From a bacterium (GTDB taxonomy: Bacteria > Krumholzibacteriota > Krumholzibacteriia > LZORAL124-64-63), in contig JAGRNP010000002.1 of assembly GCA_020440705.1 (NCBI GenBank), positions 1,873 through 65,872 on the forward strand: a DNA stretch of 64,000 bases. Direction: 5' to 3'. The notes under the pieces were generated by a model. The model searched no databases and was not told where the DNA came from. It saw nothing but the letters and a program-made list of their open reading frames with translations. Both the position numbers and the translations under genes were made by a program. This document shows positions 40,119 to 49,474 of this stretch, in pieces (position 1 is the stretch's first letter; each line of letters begins with the position of its first letter).

Positions 40119-42401
40119 TCAGTTCCCGCGGAGGGAGTCCCGGTCCGCGGCGATGGCCCGGACGCGGGGGTGGTCCGCGCCGAAGGCCTCTTCCAGGACG
40201 ACGTAGGCGGCGTCGAATTCGGCGAGGGCCGCGGCGTCGCGCTGCAGGGCCACGAGGGTCTTGCCGTATCCCGCCCGGAACATGGCCGTCAGCACCGCCC
40301 GCTCCGGTCCGGCGTCGGCGAAGATCGCGAGGGCGGCCTCGTGGTGGGGCACGGCCTCGGCGGGGCGTCCCATCTCGCGGTACAGGTGGGCGAGGTTGTG
40401 TTCGCCGACGGCCGTGTCGGGGTGGTCGTCGCCCAGCACCCGGCGCCTGATCGCCAGCGAGGACTCCCGCAGGACCAACGCCCGCTCGAACTCGCCGAGC
40501 TGCTCGTGCACCCCGGCCAGGTTGCCCTGGACCGAAAGCACCGTCGGGTTCTCCGCGCCGAGGCTCGCGCGCATGCGGGCCACGCCGTCGGCCAGGAGGT
40601 CGCGCGCCCGGTCGAGCTCGCCGAGCTGCCCGAGCACGTTGCCCAGGGCGACCTGCAGGTCCAGGCGGACCTCGGCGGCCGGATCGAGCCGGTCCTCCGC
40701 CAGGGTCAGGCCCTCGTCGAAGAGCGCCGCGGCCCCGGCGAGGTCGCCCGACCACTCGGCGATGAAGCCCCGCTGGAGCTGGATGCGGCAGATCACGGGG
40801 CTGTCGGACGGCAGGCCGGCGGCCGCCCGGGCCGCGAGCGCCGCCGTCGAGTCGGCGGCCGCGAGGTCGTCGCCGTCGAGCAGGTGGTCGCCGAGCAGCA
40901 CCAGGGGCCAGGCCAGCACCGGATCGTCGGGCCCGGTTGCGGTCTCCTCGGCGCGGGCCACGGCCAGGCGCAGCTGGCGGTCGGTGGCCTCGTACTGGCC
41001 CAGGCCACGGTAGGTCTCGCCCAGCACGCCGTGCAGGCGCGACGCCAGCTCGGGGCGTCCGGCGAACTCGTCCGCGAGGCGCTCGGCCGCCCGATCCAGG
41101 ACCTCGACGACGCGCACCTCGGTGCCGTCGTGGTAGGGGTCCGAGGCGGTCAGGATGTCGGTGAGGAAGCCGGTCACGGCCTCCGATTCGTCGGCCGCCA
41201 GGGTGGCGGCGCGACCGGCCCGGCGCGCCTCCGCCCAGCCCAGCAGCGAGACCACCAGCCCGGCCGCCAGGGCGATCACGGTGACCGTCGAGGCGATCAC
41301 CGCGCCGCGGTTCCGGCGGGCGAACTTGGCCAGATGGTAGACCGTGCTCGGCGGCCGCGCGGCGATGGGCTCGTCGCTGAGGAACCGCTTCAGGTCGTCG
41401 GCCAGTTCGGCGGCCGAGCCGTAGCGCCGGTCCGGCTCGTGGCGCAGGCAGGTGGCGACGATGGTCTCGAGATCGGCGGGCAGGGCCGCGCCCGGCCGCC
41501 CCATGGGTCCGGGCGTCTCCTCGCCGACGATGCGGGCGGCGGCGAGGAAGTCCCTGCCGTCGATCTCGTGGGGCAGCCGTCCGGACAGCGTCTCGTAGAG
41601 CAGGGCGCCGAGGGCGTAGACATCCGCGCGCACATCGGTGCCGTCGAGGTCGCCGCGCACCTGCTCGGGACTCATGTAGGCCAGCGTCCCGACGATGCGG
41701 CCCGTCTCTTCGCCGATGGTCGTCAGCCGGGCGTCGACGTCCGTCAGGCGCGCCACGCCGAAGTCCAGGATCTTGGGATTGCCGTCCCGGCGCACCAGGA
41801 TGTTCGAGGGCTTCAGGTCGCGGTGGATGACCCCGCGCAGATGGGCGTGGTGGACGGCTTCGCAGATGCGGATGAACAGCCGCAGGCAGGCCCGGGGGTC
41901 GAGATTCGCCTGGCGCACGTAGCCGGTCAGCGGCTGCCCGTCGACCAGTTCCATGGCGAAGAACGGCTGCGTCTCGCCGCCCGCGTCGAAAGTGCCGGCC
42001 TCGAAGATCTGGGCGATGCCGGGATGCCCGAGGCGGGCGAGCGTGCGCGCCTCCAGCTCGAAGCGCTGCTTGAGGCGGTCGCCGACCAGGGCGCCGCGCA
42101 CGATCTTCAGGGCGACCCGGCGGTCGGGGTTCTCCTGCCGCGCGCGCAGCACGAGCCCCATGCCCCCCTCGGCGATGACGTCCTCGATCACGTAGCGGCC
42201 GATGCGCCGCCCGGACCACGCGACGGCGCCCTGCTGCAGGAAGCCGCCCACGCGCTCGCGCGTGGAGAGGAGTTCGGTGAGGTCCCGCTGCAGTTCCGGA
42301 TCGTCGGCGCACTCGCGGGCGAGGAACGCGGTCCGCTCGTCGGGGCCGAGGGGCTCGGCCGCATCGAAGAGCTCGCGCAGGCGCTCGTAGCGCCCCTTCA
42401 C
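40119..42401 (-). CDS. Ser/Thr protein kinase with C-terminal TPR repeats, translationally coupled to the upstream ECF sigma factor
   Basis: GTG start overlaps the sigma stop (GTGA). Kinase motifs AEGGMGLV, VALK, HRDLKPSN, DFGVAR, then one TM helix and a long TPR-like helical region. Confidence 0.85.
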   Translation of the reverse strand: MKGRYERLRELFDAAEPLGPDERTAFLARECADDPELQRDLTELLSTRERVGGFLQQGAVAWSGRRIGRYVIEDVIAEGGMGLVLRARQENPDRRVALKIVRGALVGDRLKQRFELEARTLARLGHPGIAQIFEAGTFDAGGETQPFFAMELVDGQPLTGYVRQANLDPRACLRLFIRICEAVHHAHLRGVIHRDLKPSNILVRRDGNPKILDFGVARLTDVDARLTTIGEETGRIVGTLAYMSPEQVRGDLDGTDVRADVYALGALLYETLSGRLPHEIDGRDFLAAARIVGEETPGPMGRPGAALPADLETIVATCLRHEPDRRYGSAAELADDLKRFLSDEPIAARPPSTVYHLAKFARRNRGAVIASTVTVIALAAGLVVSLLGWAEARRAGRAATLAADESEAVTGFLTDILTASDPYHDGTEVRVVEVLDRAAERLADEFAGRPELASRLHGVLGETYRGLGQYEATDRQLRLAVARAEETATGPDDPVLAWPLVLLGDHLLDGDDLAAADSTAALAARAAAGLPSDSPVICRIQLQRGFIAEWSGDLAGAAALFDEGLTLAEDRLDPAAEVRLDLQVALGNVLGQLGELDRARDLLADGVARMRASLGAENPTVLSVQGNLAGVHEQLGEFERALVLRESSLAIRRRVLGDDHPDTAVGEHNLAHLYREMGRPAEAVPHHEAALAIFADAGPERAVLTAMFRAGYGKTLVALQRDAAALAEFDAAYVVLEEAFGADHPRVRAIAADRDSLRGN

Positions 42402-42982
42402 GCCGGACCCCCGTCGCGCGACAGCTCGCGCAGCAGCCAGGTGCGCGCGAAGAGCCAGCGGCGGCGCACCGTGCGCTCGCTGATGCCGAGCACCTCGCCG
42501 ATCTCGGGCTCGGTCAGGCCGCCGAAGAACTTCAGTTCGACGATCTGGCGGTCGGTGGCCGACTCCCGGTCCAGGCGGTCGAGCACATGGTCCAGGTCGA
42601 CGAGATCGAACCCGCCGTCGTCGCCGACGAGGTTCTCGTCGAAGGTGACCCGCACGAACTGGCCGCCCCGCTTGTGGCGCCCCCGGGTGCGGGCGTGGTC
42701 GACGAGGATGCGCCGGATCTGGGCCGAGGCGATGTGGAAGAAGTGCAGCCGGTCGTTCCACCGCAGGCCGTCCTGCTGCGACAGCTTCATGTAGGCTTCG
42801 TGGACGAGGGCGGTGGGCTGGAGGGTGTGGTCCGGGCGCTCCCGCCGCAGGTAGCCGGCGGCCAGGGCGCGCAGGCTGTCGTAGAGCTCGGCGACGGTTG
42901 CGGCGACCTGCTCGGGGCCCGCGTCCGCCGCGGGGCGCGATTGCTCGGCGGGACGGTCGGCGCCGCGGTCGTCCTGGGCCAT
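42398..42982 (-). CDS. ECF-type RNA polymerase sigma factor (kinase-associated)
   Basis: Sigma-2 (LVHEAYMKL) and sigma-4 (IVELKFFGGLTEPEIGEVLGISERTVRRRW) regions. The start was placed at the MAQDD ATG by ORF-frame arithmetic. No anti-sigma gene is adjacent. The stop overlaps the kinase start. Confidence 0.75.
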   Translation of the reverse strand: MAQDDRGADRPAEQSRPAADAGPEQVAATVAELYDSLRALAAGYLRRERPDHTLQPTALVHEAYMKLSQQDGLRWNDRLHFFHIASAQIRRILVDHARTRGRHKRGGQFVRVTFDENLVGDDGGFDLVDLDHVLDRLDRESATDRQIVELKFFGGLTEPEIGEVLGISERTVRRRWLFARTWLLRELSRDGGPA

Positions 42983-43221
42983 GGCGTCTCCCGGCAGTGG
43001 GTGGTCGAAATGGCGGCGGTCGGGGGCGTTCCCCACCCCGCCACTGTGACACACCAGCGCGATCAGCGTCAATAGGGCCGGGGAAACGCGGGTGAGTCGC
43101 CGCAGGGGGATGGGGCAACCGGGGATTCTCGCCATGGCACGCTCCTGGTCACGGGTTTCCCCGGATCATGCGCGCTCCGGCGGGGAATCCGGCCAGCGTC
43201 GCCGCGCCGGCTCCGGGCTCG

Positions 43222-43255
43222 AAAAAAAACGCCCGGACCGCCTTCGGTCCGGGCG
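43222..43255 (-). terminator. rho-independent terminator downstream of guaA (minus strand)
   Basis: Perfect 11-bp stem CGCCCGGACCG/CGGTCCGGGCG with loop CCTT. An A8 run on the plus strand gives a U8 tract on the minus strand. Confidence 0.6.
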
Positions 43256-43269
43256 TCGGTCGGCCGCGC

Positions 43270-45108
43270 CTATTCCCACTCGATCGTTCCCGGCGGCTTC
43301 GACGTCAGGTCGTAGGCCAACCCGCTGATCCCCGGCAGCCGCAGCACGCGGTCGCGCACCTCGTGCAGGATCTCCAGCGGCAGCCGCGAGGCCGTGGCCG
43401 TCATGGCCCGCTCGCTCTGGATCGGCCGCAGGATGCACAGTTCGCGACCCTTGCCGTCGATCTCCAGGGGCACCAGCACCGTCGGGCACTGCCACACCTT
43501 CTCGTACCAGCCGTGGCGCCGCAGCGCGTCCATCATGATGAAGTCGCACTCGCGCAGCAGGTCCAGGCGGTCCTTCGTCATGCCGGCGGCCAGCGGCCGG
43601 TACGCCTGCGGCATCTCCGGCGCCAGGTTCCACACCGTGCGGTTCAGCCCGCCGATGGTCTTGAACACGGTTCCCGAGGCCTCGGCCAGCGTGTCCCAGT
43701 CGGCCTCGCCGTGAATCAGCGCCGGATGCTCGTACGAGCGCAGGTCGGCCTTCACGCCCACCGACTTGATGGGCAACGCGGCGCCCTGCAGCCCGTGCTT
43801 CCCGAGGGCGTCGTCCAGGGCCGGTGCGATGGCCGCCAGCTGCTCGGCGCCGTCGACCGTGCCGTCGCTGCACAGCAGCCGCACGCCCAGGCCGGGGCCC
43901 GGGAACGGGTGCCGCCAGATCATGTCGTGGGGGATGCCCATCATCTCGCCCAGCTCGCGCACCTCGACCTTGTAGAGGTCGGCCAGGGGCTCGACGACCT
44001 TCCCCGCGGCGATCATCTCCTCGATGATGGGCACGCGGTTGTGGTGGGTCTTGATGGTGTCCGAGCGCTTGGTGCCGCCGGTCTCGATGGTGTCCGGGTA
44101 GATGGTGCCCTGGCCCAGCAGGTGGTCGGTGATGCCCAGCCGCCGCGCCTCGCTCTCGAAGACCTCGATGAAGGTGTCGCCGATGGCGCGCCGCTTGGCC
44201 TCGGGCTCGATCTTCCCCGCGAGCGCGGCCAGGAACGTGTCCGTGGCGTCGATGAAGTGGAAGTTCCCGCCCAGGCCCAGGTCCGTGAACATCTCGACCA
44301 CGGCCCTGGACTCGTCCTTGCGCATCAGGCCGTTGTCCACGTGCAGCAGCTTCAGGCGGTCCGGACCGAGCGCCTCGGCGAAGAGCTTCGCCGCCACCGT
44401 CGAGTCGACGCCGCCCGAGGCCAGCAGGAAGACCGACCCGTCGCCCACCTGGGCGCGGATCCTGGCCACCTGCTCCTCGACGTAGCTGTCCATGGTCCAG
44501 GTGGGCGCGCAGCCGCAGATCTCCAGCACGAAGTTGGCGATCATGTCGTCGCCGTGCAGGGTGTCGTCGACCTCGGGGTGGTACTGGAAGCCGTAGCGGC
44601 GGAGTTTGTCCGATCCGATCGCGGCGAACCGGTGCGGCTGGCCGCCTTCGCCCAGGATCGAGTAGCCCAGCTCCTCGAAGTCCGGCCCCACCGCCGTGAC
44701 CGAGTCGAAGTGGCTCATCCACACCTGCTCGACCCGGCCCAGACCCTTGAACAGCGGATGCTCGCGCACGATGTGCAGGTCGGCATGGCCCCACTCCTGG
44801 GCGCCGTTGATCACCGTGCCGCCGTAGTGCTTGGCGATCTCCTGGTGGCCGAAGCAGAAGCCGAGGACGGGCACGTCGAGGTCGAGGATGCCCTTGTTCC
44901 AGTCGTCGTCCTCGCCGAAGGAGGCCAGGGCGGGGCTGCCCGAGAGGATGACGCCCTTGTAGCCGGCGAAGTCCGCGGTGGCGTCCTCGGGCTGCCGGAT
45001 CTCGGCAAGCACGTGGGCCCGGCGCACCTTGGTGGCGATCAGGTGGGCGTACTGCCCGCCGAAATCGACGACCGCGATCTTGTCGTGATTGTGGATCTGC
45101 TGCGACAT
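43270..45108 (-). CDS. guaA: GMP synthase (glutamine-hydrolysing), long form
   Basis: GATase domain (GFCFGHQ, catalytic Cys/His), ATP-PPase P-loop (SGGVDSTV), and the dimerisation domain. 612 aa, longer than the ~520-aa bacterial form. Confidence 0.9.
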   Translation of the reverse strand: MSQQIHNHDKIAVVDFGGQYAHLIATKVRRAHVLAEIRQPEDATADFAGYKGVILSGSPALASFGEDDDWNKGILDLDVPVLGFCFGHQEIAKHYGGTVINGAQEWGHADLHIVREHPLFKGLGRVEQVWMSHFDSVTAVGPDFEELGYSILGEGGQPHRFAAIGSDKLRRYGFQYHPEVDDTLHGDDMIANFVLEICGCAPTWTMDSYVEEQVARIRAQVGDGSVFLLASGGVDSTVAAKLFAEALGPDRLKLLHVDNGLMRKDESRAVVEMFTDLGLGGNFHFIDATDTFLAALAGKIEPEAKRRAIGDTFIEVFESEARRLGITDHLLGQGTIYPDTIETGGTKRSDTIKTHHNRVPIIEEMIAAGKVVEPLADLYKVEVRELGEMMGIPHDMIWRHPFPGPGLGVRLLCSDGTVDGAEQLAAIAPALDDALGKHGLQGAALPIKSVGVKADLRSYEHPALIHGEADWDTLAEASGTVFKTIGGLNRTVWNLAPEMPQAYRPLAAGMTKDRLDLLRECDFIMMDALRRHGWYEKVWQCPTVLVPLEIDGKGRELCILRPIQSERAMTATASRLPLEILHEVRDRVLRLPGISGLAYDLTSKPPGTIEWE

Positions 45109-45224
45109 GGGACCGTCCCGGTGGAGGGTTGGGGGCGGCCCGGAACCCGGCGTTCCGGGGCTGGGATGGGGGGATATGTAACAGATGGGGCCCGACGGGG
45201 CAAGGCCGCCGCCGCGCCCCCCGC

Positions 45225-46397
45225 TCAGCCGCCCGGCCCGGGCGTTCCGCCCGCCGCGCCCAGCCGCGCCAGCGCCTCCCGCGACGGCGCGAAGTCCGGA
45301 TCCACCGCCAGCGCCTGCCGGTACCGGGCCACGGCGCCGTCCCGGTCGCCGGCCGCGAGCAGCGCCTCGGCGAGGCTGTCCCAGGTGTTGGCCGAGGCCG
45401 GGAAGCGCTCCGTGTTCCAGCGGAAGAGGTCCAGCGCCGCGTCGGTCTCGCCCCGCCCGAGGGCCGCGTAGCCCAGCCGGTTGACGAGCTCCTCCGGAAC
45501 CTCGACCTCGTAGCCCATCCGCGCCGTCAGCTCCGCGAAGTGGGCCCGGATCGGCTCGCGCCCCTGCGCTTCCACCTCCGGGGGAAGGTTCCAGCCCGCG
45601 AAGAGGCCCTCCAGGGCATCGGGCAGGGCGTGCAGCACCATCGACACGTGCGACTCCCCGGGGTAGCGGATCTCGTCCCTGCGCAGCCACCCGGTGGCGA
45701 GCGAGTCCAGACGCCCCTGCAGGAAGTCGATCGATTCGGCGTAGATCAGCTCGTCGGCCATGGACAGGAAGAGATAGCGCGGCCCCGCGGGAGGCCGGCT
45801 GGTGAGGATCTTCTCGATGGTGCGCAGGGTGCGGCCGCGGTCGTAGTACAGGGCCGGACTCGCGGCCAGCGCCGCCTGGCACACCTCGGGCCGGCAGACC
45901 AGGGCGTAGGTGGCCAGCAACCCGCCGAAGCTGTGGCCGAAGAGGATGCGGTAGCCGTTGCCGCGGTACTCGGACTCGATCCAGGGCACCAGTTCGTCGG
46001 CCAGGAAGCTGAGGAAGGGACCGGCTCCGCCGCTGGTGGGCAGGTAGTCGACCGGAAAGGGCAGGAAGTCGCGCCGGCGGTCGATGTTGGGCACGGCCAC
46101 GGTGATCACCGCGGGCGCACCGCCCCGGATGCGCATCAGGTGCAGGGTCTCGGCCATCAGGCCGCCGTAGGCGCCCCCGTCGAGCACGATCATCACGGGG
46201 TAGGTGCGGTCGGGCTGGCGGTCGAAGCCCCGCGGCAGGTAGACGGTGAAGGGGCGCTCCTCCGCGAGAATCCGCGAGTGCAGCACGCCCGTGTGGCTGG
46301 TGACGTCGGGTGTCGGCGGATCGACGCGCACGGCTTCGCCCGCGGCGGCGGGCCGGGCCGCGAGGAGCAGCAGGGCGAGAACGAGGCTCGACTTCAT
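45225..46397 (-). CDS. secreted esterase (putative-esterase/alpha-beta hydrolase family) with C-terminal TPR repeats
   Basis: Start at MKSSLV (signal peptide). GHSFGG nucleophile motif. C-terminal TPR-like repeats (AALDLFRW ... AVARYRQALAVDPD). Confidence 0.7.
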   Translation of the reverse strand: MKSSLVLALLLLAARPAAAGEAVRVDPPTPDVTSHTGVLHSRILAEERPFTVYLPRGFDRQPDRTYPVMIVLDGGAYGGLMAETLHLMRIRGGAPAVITVAVPNIDRRRDFLPFPVDYLPTSGGAGPFLSFLADELVPWIESEYRGNGYRILFGHSFGGLLATYALVCRPEVCQAALAASPALYYDRGRTLRTIEKILTSRPPAGPRYLFLSMADELIYAESIDFLQGRLDSLATGWLRRDEIRYPGESHVSMVLHALPDALEGLFAGWNLPPEVEAQGREPIRAHFAELTARMGYEVEVPEELVNRLGYAALGRGETDAALDLFRWNTERFPASANTWDSLAEALLAAGDRDGAVARYRQALAVDPDFAPSREALARLGAAGGTPGPGG

Positions 46398-46481
46398 GGG
46401 CGGACGACTCCGGTGCGGGGGCCGTCGGGGGACCATCAACCTACGGCGCCGGACCGGAGGCGGCAAACGTGCGCCGGGAGA

Positions 46482-47282
46482 TCAGTGGACGAGGAAGTTG
46501 CCGGCCCAGCCGTCGGGCAGGGCGCCGTCGGCGGCCACGAGGGCCAGGGCCAGGTCGCCTTCGAGCCACACCCGGGCCTCGCGCTCCCAGCCGGTGCCGC
46601 GGAAGACCTCGTGTCCGGCCACCTCGGTGCGCTCGGCGCCGGCCAGGTCGAGGTTGGCCGCCGGCACGGCGAAGAGCACCACGCGTTCGCCGGTCGGGGT
46701 GCGGTACGACGCCAGGGCCGACAGACGGCCCACCGTGTGCCACACGCGCCCGCCTTCGAGAGCCAGGCCCTCCGTCGCGGCGGGCACCTCGAAATCGAAG
46801 GCGAGGGAGTGGCTGAGCCAGCCCGAGAGCTCGCCCGGATCGGTCATGGCGACCTCGAGGGGCCGGCCGATGCGTTCGAGCAGGTAGTGGTCGTGGGTGA
46901 CGTCCTCGATGTACATGCCGATGTTGCGCTCGACCTCGGCCGGATGGGCCGGCGCGCCGAAGTGGAAGGCTTTCTCGAGCCCCACGCCCAGGACCAGCGA
47001 CGCGGCCATGGCCGCGGGCACGAGCACCTTCATCAGGCCGGCCCCGCGGCGGCGGGCCAGGGGCACCACGGCGGCCGCGGCCGGGGCTTCGAGTTCCTGC
47101 AGCAGCCGCTGACGCATGGCGTCGGGCATGGGGCGGCCGGCACCGGGCAGGCCGCGCAGCCGGTGGCCCATCTCGCGCAGGCCGTCCAGGAAGGAACGGC
47201 AGGCGGCGCAGCCGGCCACGTGGTCGTGCATCTCGGGGGTCCAGACCTCTTGCCGGGGGTCGAGCTGGACGTCGTGGCACAT
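46482..47282 (-). CDS. zinc-binding (ZAS-type) anti-sigma factor, membrane-spanning
   Basis: N-terminal HxxxCxxC motif (HDHVAGCAACRSF), one TM helix, then a periplasmic domain. 14 nt downstream of the ECF sigma gene. Confidence 0.6.
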   Translation of the reverse strand: MCHDVQLDPRQEVWTPEMHDHVAGCAACRSFLDGLREMGHRLRGLPGAGRPMPDAMRQRLLQELEAPAAAAVVPLARRRGAGLMKVLVPAAMAASLVLGVGLEKAFHFGAPAHPAEVERNIGMYIEDVTHDHYLLERIGRPLEVAMTDPGELSGWLSHSLAFDFEVPAATEGLALEGGRVWHTVGRLSALASYRTPTGERVVLFAVPAANLDLAGAERTEVAGHEVFRGTGWEREARVWLEGDLALALVAADGALPDGWAGNFLVH

Positions 47283-47296
47283 GCCGGAGGTGGTGG

Positions 47297-47863
47297 TCAA
47301 CTGGCCGATTCTCCCTGTCTTAGGTTCCGTTGGCGGGCCGCGTCCCGCAGGCTTCCGTAGAGGACCCTGCGCGCCCGATGCAGCGCCGAGCGCAGCGATC
47401 CGGCGGCGATCCCGAGGCTCGCGGCGGCCTCGTCGTAGCTCCAGCCTTCGACGTCGACGAGCAGGACCGCCGACCGCCAGCGCGGAGGGAGCGCGGCCAG
47501 GGCCGCCTCGATCTCGTCGTCGAAGGCGTCGCGCACCACCGCCGGCTCCCATTCGCCTTCGCGCACGGGCTCGATGGCGATGGCTTCGAAGTCGTCGTCC
47601 CAGTCCACTTCACCCTGCCGGGCCTGCTTGCGCCAGGCGTCGCGGCAGGTGTTGTGGACGATGCGGGCGAGCCATCCGCGGGCATTGCTGTCGGGCTCGA
47701 GTCCGCCGAAGCCCCGCAGGGCCTTCAGGAACGACTCGTGGGCCACGTCTTCGGCGCGGTCGAGGTCGCAGCACACGCTGCGGGCCATCCGGTACAGCAG
47801 GTCCAGATGCGGAACGATTTCCGCCTCGAAACGCCGTTTCTCGGCTGCAGAAAGGGGAGACAC
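47297..47863 (-). CDS. ECF-type RNA polymerase sigma factor
   Basis: Region 2 (HLDLLYRMARSVCCDLDRAEDVAHESFLKALR) and region 4 (EGWSYDEAAASLGIAAGSLRSALHRAR). The start is a GTG at 47863 (no ATG available). Confidence 0.75.
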   Translation of the reverse strand: MSPLSAAEKRRFEAEIVPHLDLLYRMARSVCCDLDRAEDVAHESFLKALRGFGGLEPDSNARGWLARIVHNTCRDAWRKQARQGEVDWDDDFEAIAIEPVREGEWEPAVVRDAFDDEIEAALAALPPRWRSAVLLVDVEGWSYDEAAASLGIAAGSLRSALHRARRVLYGSLRDAARQRNLRQGESAS

Positions 47864-48048
47864 CGGGCGAGAGTCTTTCGACGGGGGAATCCTGACTTTC
47901 TGCAATTCTACATCAATTTTCAGGTTTTGTCTGTCATTTTGAGGGAACGGTGGTCGGGACCCGATGCCGGATCCCCGCTGCTCATCCTCTGCCCAGGGCA
48001 GGGATCCCGACCAGGCCCCATGGGGCTCCGCTCCGCTCGCGCACCGGA

Positions 48049-48663
48049 CTACCGGTAGAGGGCCTTTACGCCGGCCCAGCTCGACTGCTCGGTGGCCACG
48101 ACCTCGCCGGTGGGCTCGATCTTGCCGTCCCAGCGCTCGGTGTAGCCGGGCTCGACCTGGGTCGCCGCGCGCGAGATGCCCGTCAGGAACGGCCAGCCCG
48201 CCTGGTCCGCGGGGGCCAGGTCGTTCAGGCGCGTGCCTCCGGTCCAGGTCACATAGCCGGTGCCGCTGCCCAGGGTCGCCGTGTACAGCGTGTGCTGGAA
48301 CGGGTCGAGGGTGCCGGTGAGGATGGCCGTGCCGTCGGCGAAGGTCGCCGGCAGGGCCCAATCGGCGGTCGTCGCGGCGTCCTCGTAGATGGCGACGCTG
48401 CCGCCCGAGTACGCGCTGACGGTGCCGCTGCTGTCCAGCGTCAGGCCCGTGACCACGATGGTGTACTGGAAGCCGCCGAAGTCCAGGGGGATCGGCGTGG
48501 CCACGGCGGTGCCGTTGACGATCACGCCGTACACCTCGGCGGTGCCGCCGGGCGCGGCCGGCAGGATCGCCTGGGCGTCGAAGTCGAAGAGCTGCACGGC
48601 GCCGGCGGTCGCGGCGAAGGCGATCTGGGCCAGCAGCGCGGAAACGATCACGATCTTCTTCAT
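48049..48663 (-). CDS. secreted hypothetical protein, paralog A, with C-terminal SWAGVKALYR motif
   Basis: Signal peptide MKKIVIVSALLAQIAFA. Gly/Thr-rich beta-rich sequence. Shares the motif block (AIYEDAATTADWALPA ... SSWAGVKALYR) with the next gene. Confidence 0.6.
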   Translation of the reverse strand: MKKIVIVSALLAQIAFAATAGAVQLFDFDAQAILPAAPGGTAEVYGVIVNGTAVATPIPLDFGGFQYTIVVTGLTLDSSGTVSAYSGGSVAIYEDAATTADWALPATFADGTAILTGTLDPFQHTLYTATLGSGTGYVTWTGGTRLNDLAPADQAGWPFLTGISRAATQVEPGYTERWDGKIEPTGEVVATEQSSWAGVKALYR

Positions 48664-48693
48664 GGTGTCTTCTCCTGATCTGAAGCCGGTTTG

Positions 48694-49368
48694 CTAGCGG
48701 CCCGGGTTGTAGAGGTTCTTGACCGCGCCCCAGCTCATGGACTCGACCGACACGGTCGACTCGACGTCCAGGACGCCGTCGATCTGCAGGTCGTAGCCCG
48801 CGGGGATCTGGGCGCCGGTCGGGGCCGCGAAGGTGCCGGAGAACGTGTAGGCGCAGCCCGAGCACGGGCCGGCCAGGGCCGAACCGCCGGTGCCGTCGAC
48901 GTAGCCTTCGAAGACGCCGCCGCCGCTCGGGTCGAGGATCAGGGTGAAGCTCGTGAAGTTGCCGGAGAACACCAGGTCGCCGTCGACGAAGGTGCCCGGG
49001 ACGGTGCCGTTGGCCGGGTTGACGCCCCAGTCGGCGTTGTGCGCCGGGTCGGCGTAGACGCTGATGCCGCCGCCGACGTAGCCGATGACGGTGCGGCCGA
49101 GGCCGTCCACGTAGCCGCCGGTGCTGACCAGGCCGTCGATGAAGAGGGTGCCCTCGACGCCGCCGAGGTCGACCTCGAAGAGGGGGTCGATCTGGGTGAC
49201 GACGGCGGCCGCGGCCAGCACGTCGCCCGGGTTGCTCGGGGCGAGGGTGCCGGTCTCCCAGGCGAAACCGACGTAGTCGACGGCGGCGGCGTGGGCCGTG
49301 CCGGCGCCCGACACCAGGGCCACGAGGGCCAGGGCCGGGACAACGATCTTGCGCGTTACAAAGGTCAT
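48694..49368 (-). CDS. secreted hypothetical protein, paralog B, with C-terminal SWGAVKNLY motif
   Basis: Start at MTFVTRKIVV (signal peptide). Paralogous to 48049..48663 (SVYADPAHNADWGVNPA ... MSWGAVKNLYNPGR). 30 nt upstream of paralog A. Confidence 0.6.
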   Translation of the reverse strand: MTFVTRKIVVPALALVALVSGAGTAHAAAVDYVGFAWETGTLAPSNPGDVLAAAAVVTQIDPLFEVDLGGVEGTLFIDGLVSTGGYVDGLGRTVIGYVGGGISVYADPAHNADWGVNPANGTVPGTFVDGDLVFSGNFTSFTLILDPSGGGVFEGYVDGTGGSALAGPCSGCAYTFSGTFAAPTGAQIPAGYDLQIDGVLDVESTVSVESMSWGAVKNLYNPGR

Positions 49369-49474
49369 GCGCGGTGTCCTCCGGATGGGGTTCGGGTGCG
49401 CCGCCCGTCCGGGGCGGCGTGTCGCATCGGAGGGAGAACGAATCCGGACGCTGCGAAAGTTCCCGCGGGAGCGA

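Noticed and set aside
47940-48015. GGATCCC-containing inverted repeats between paralog A and the ECF sigma gene, considered as a terminator or attenuator
   Set aside because: The stems are short and imperfect and there is no U-tract on the transcribed (minus) strand. This could be a regulatory hairpin, but the evidence is too weak to call.
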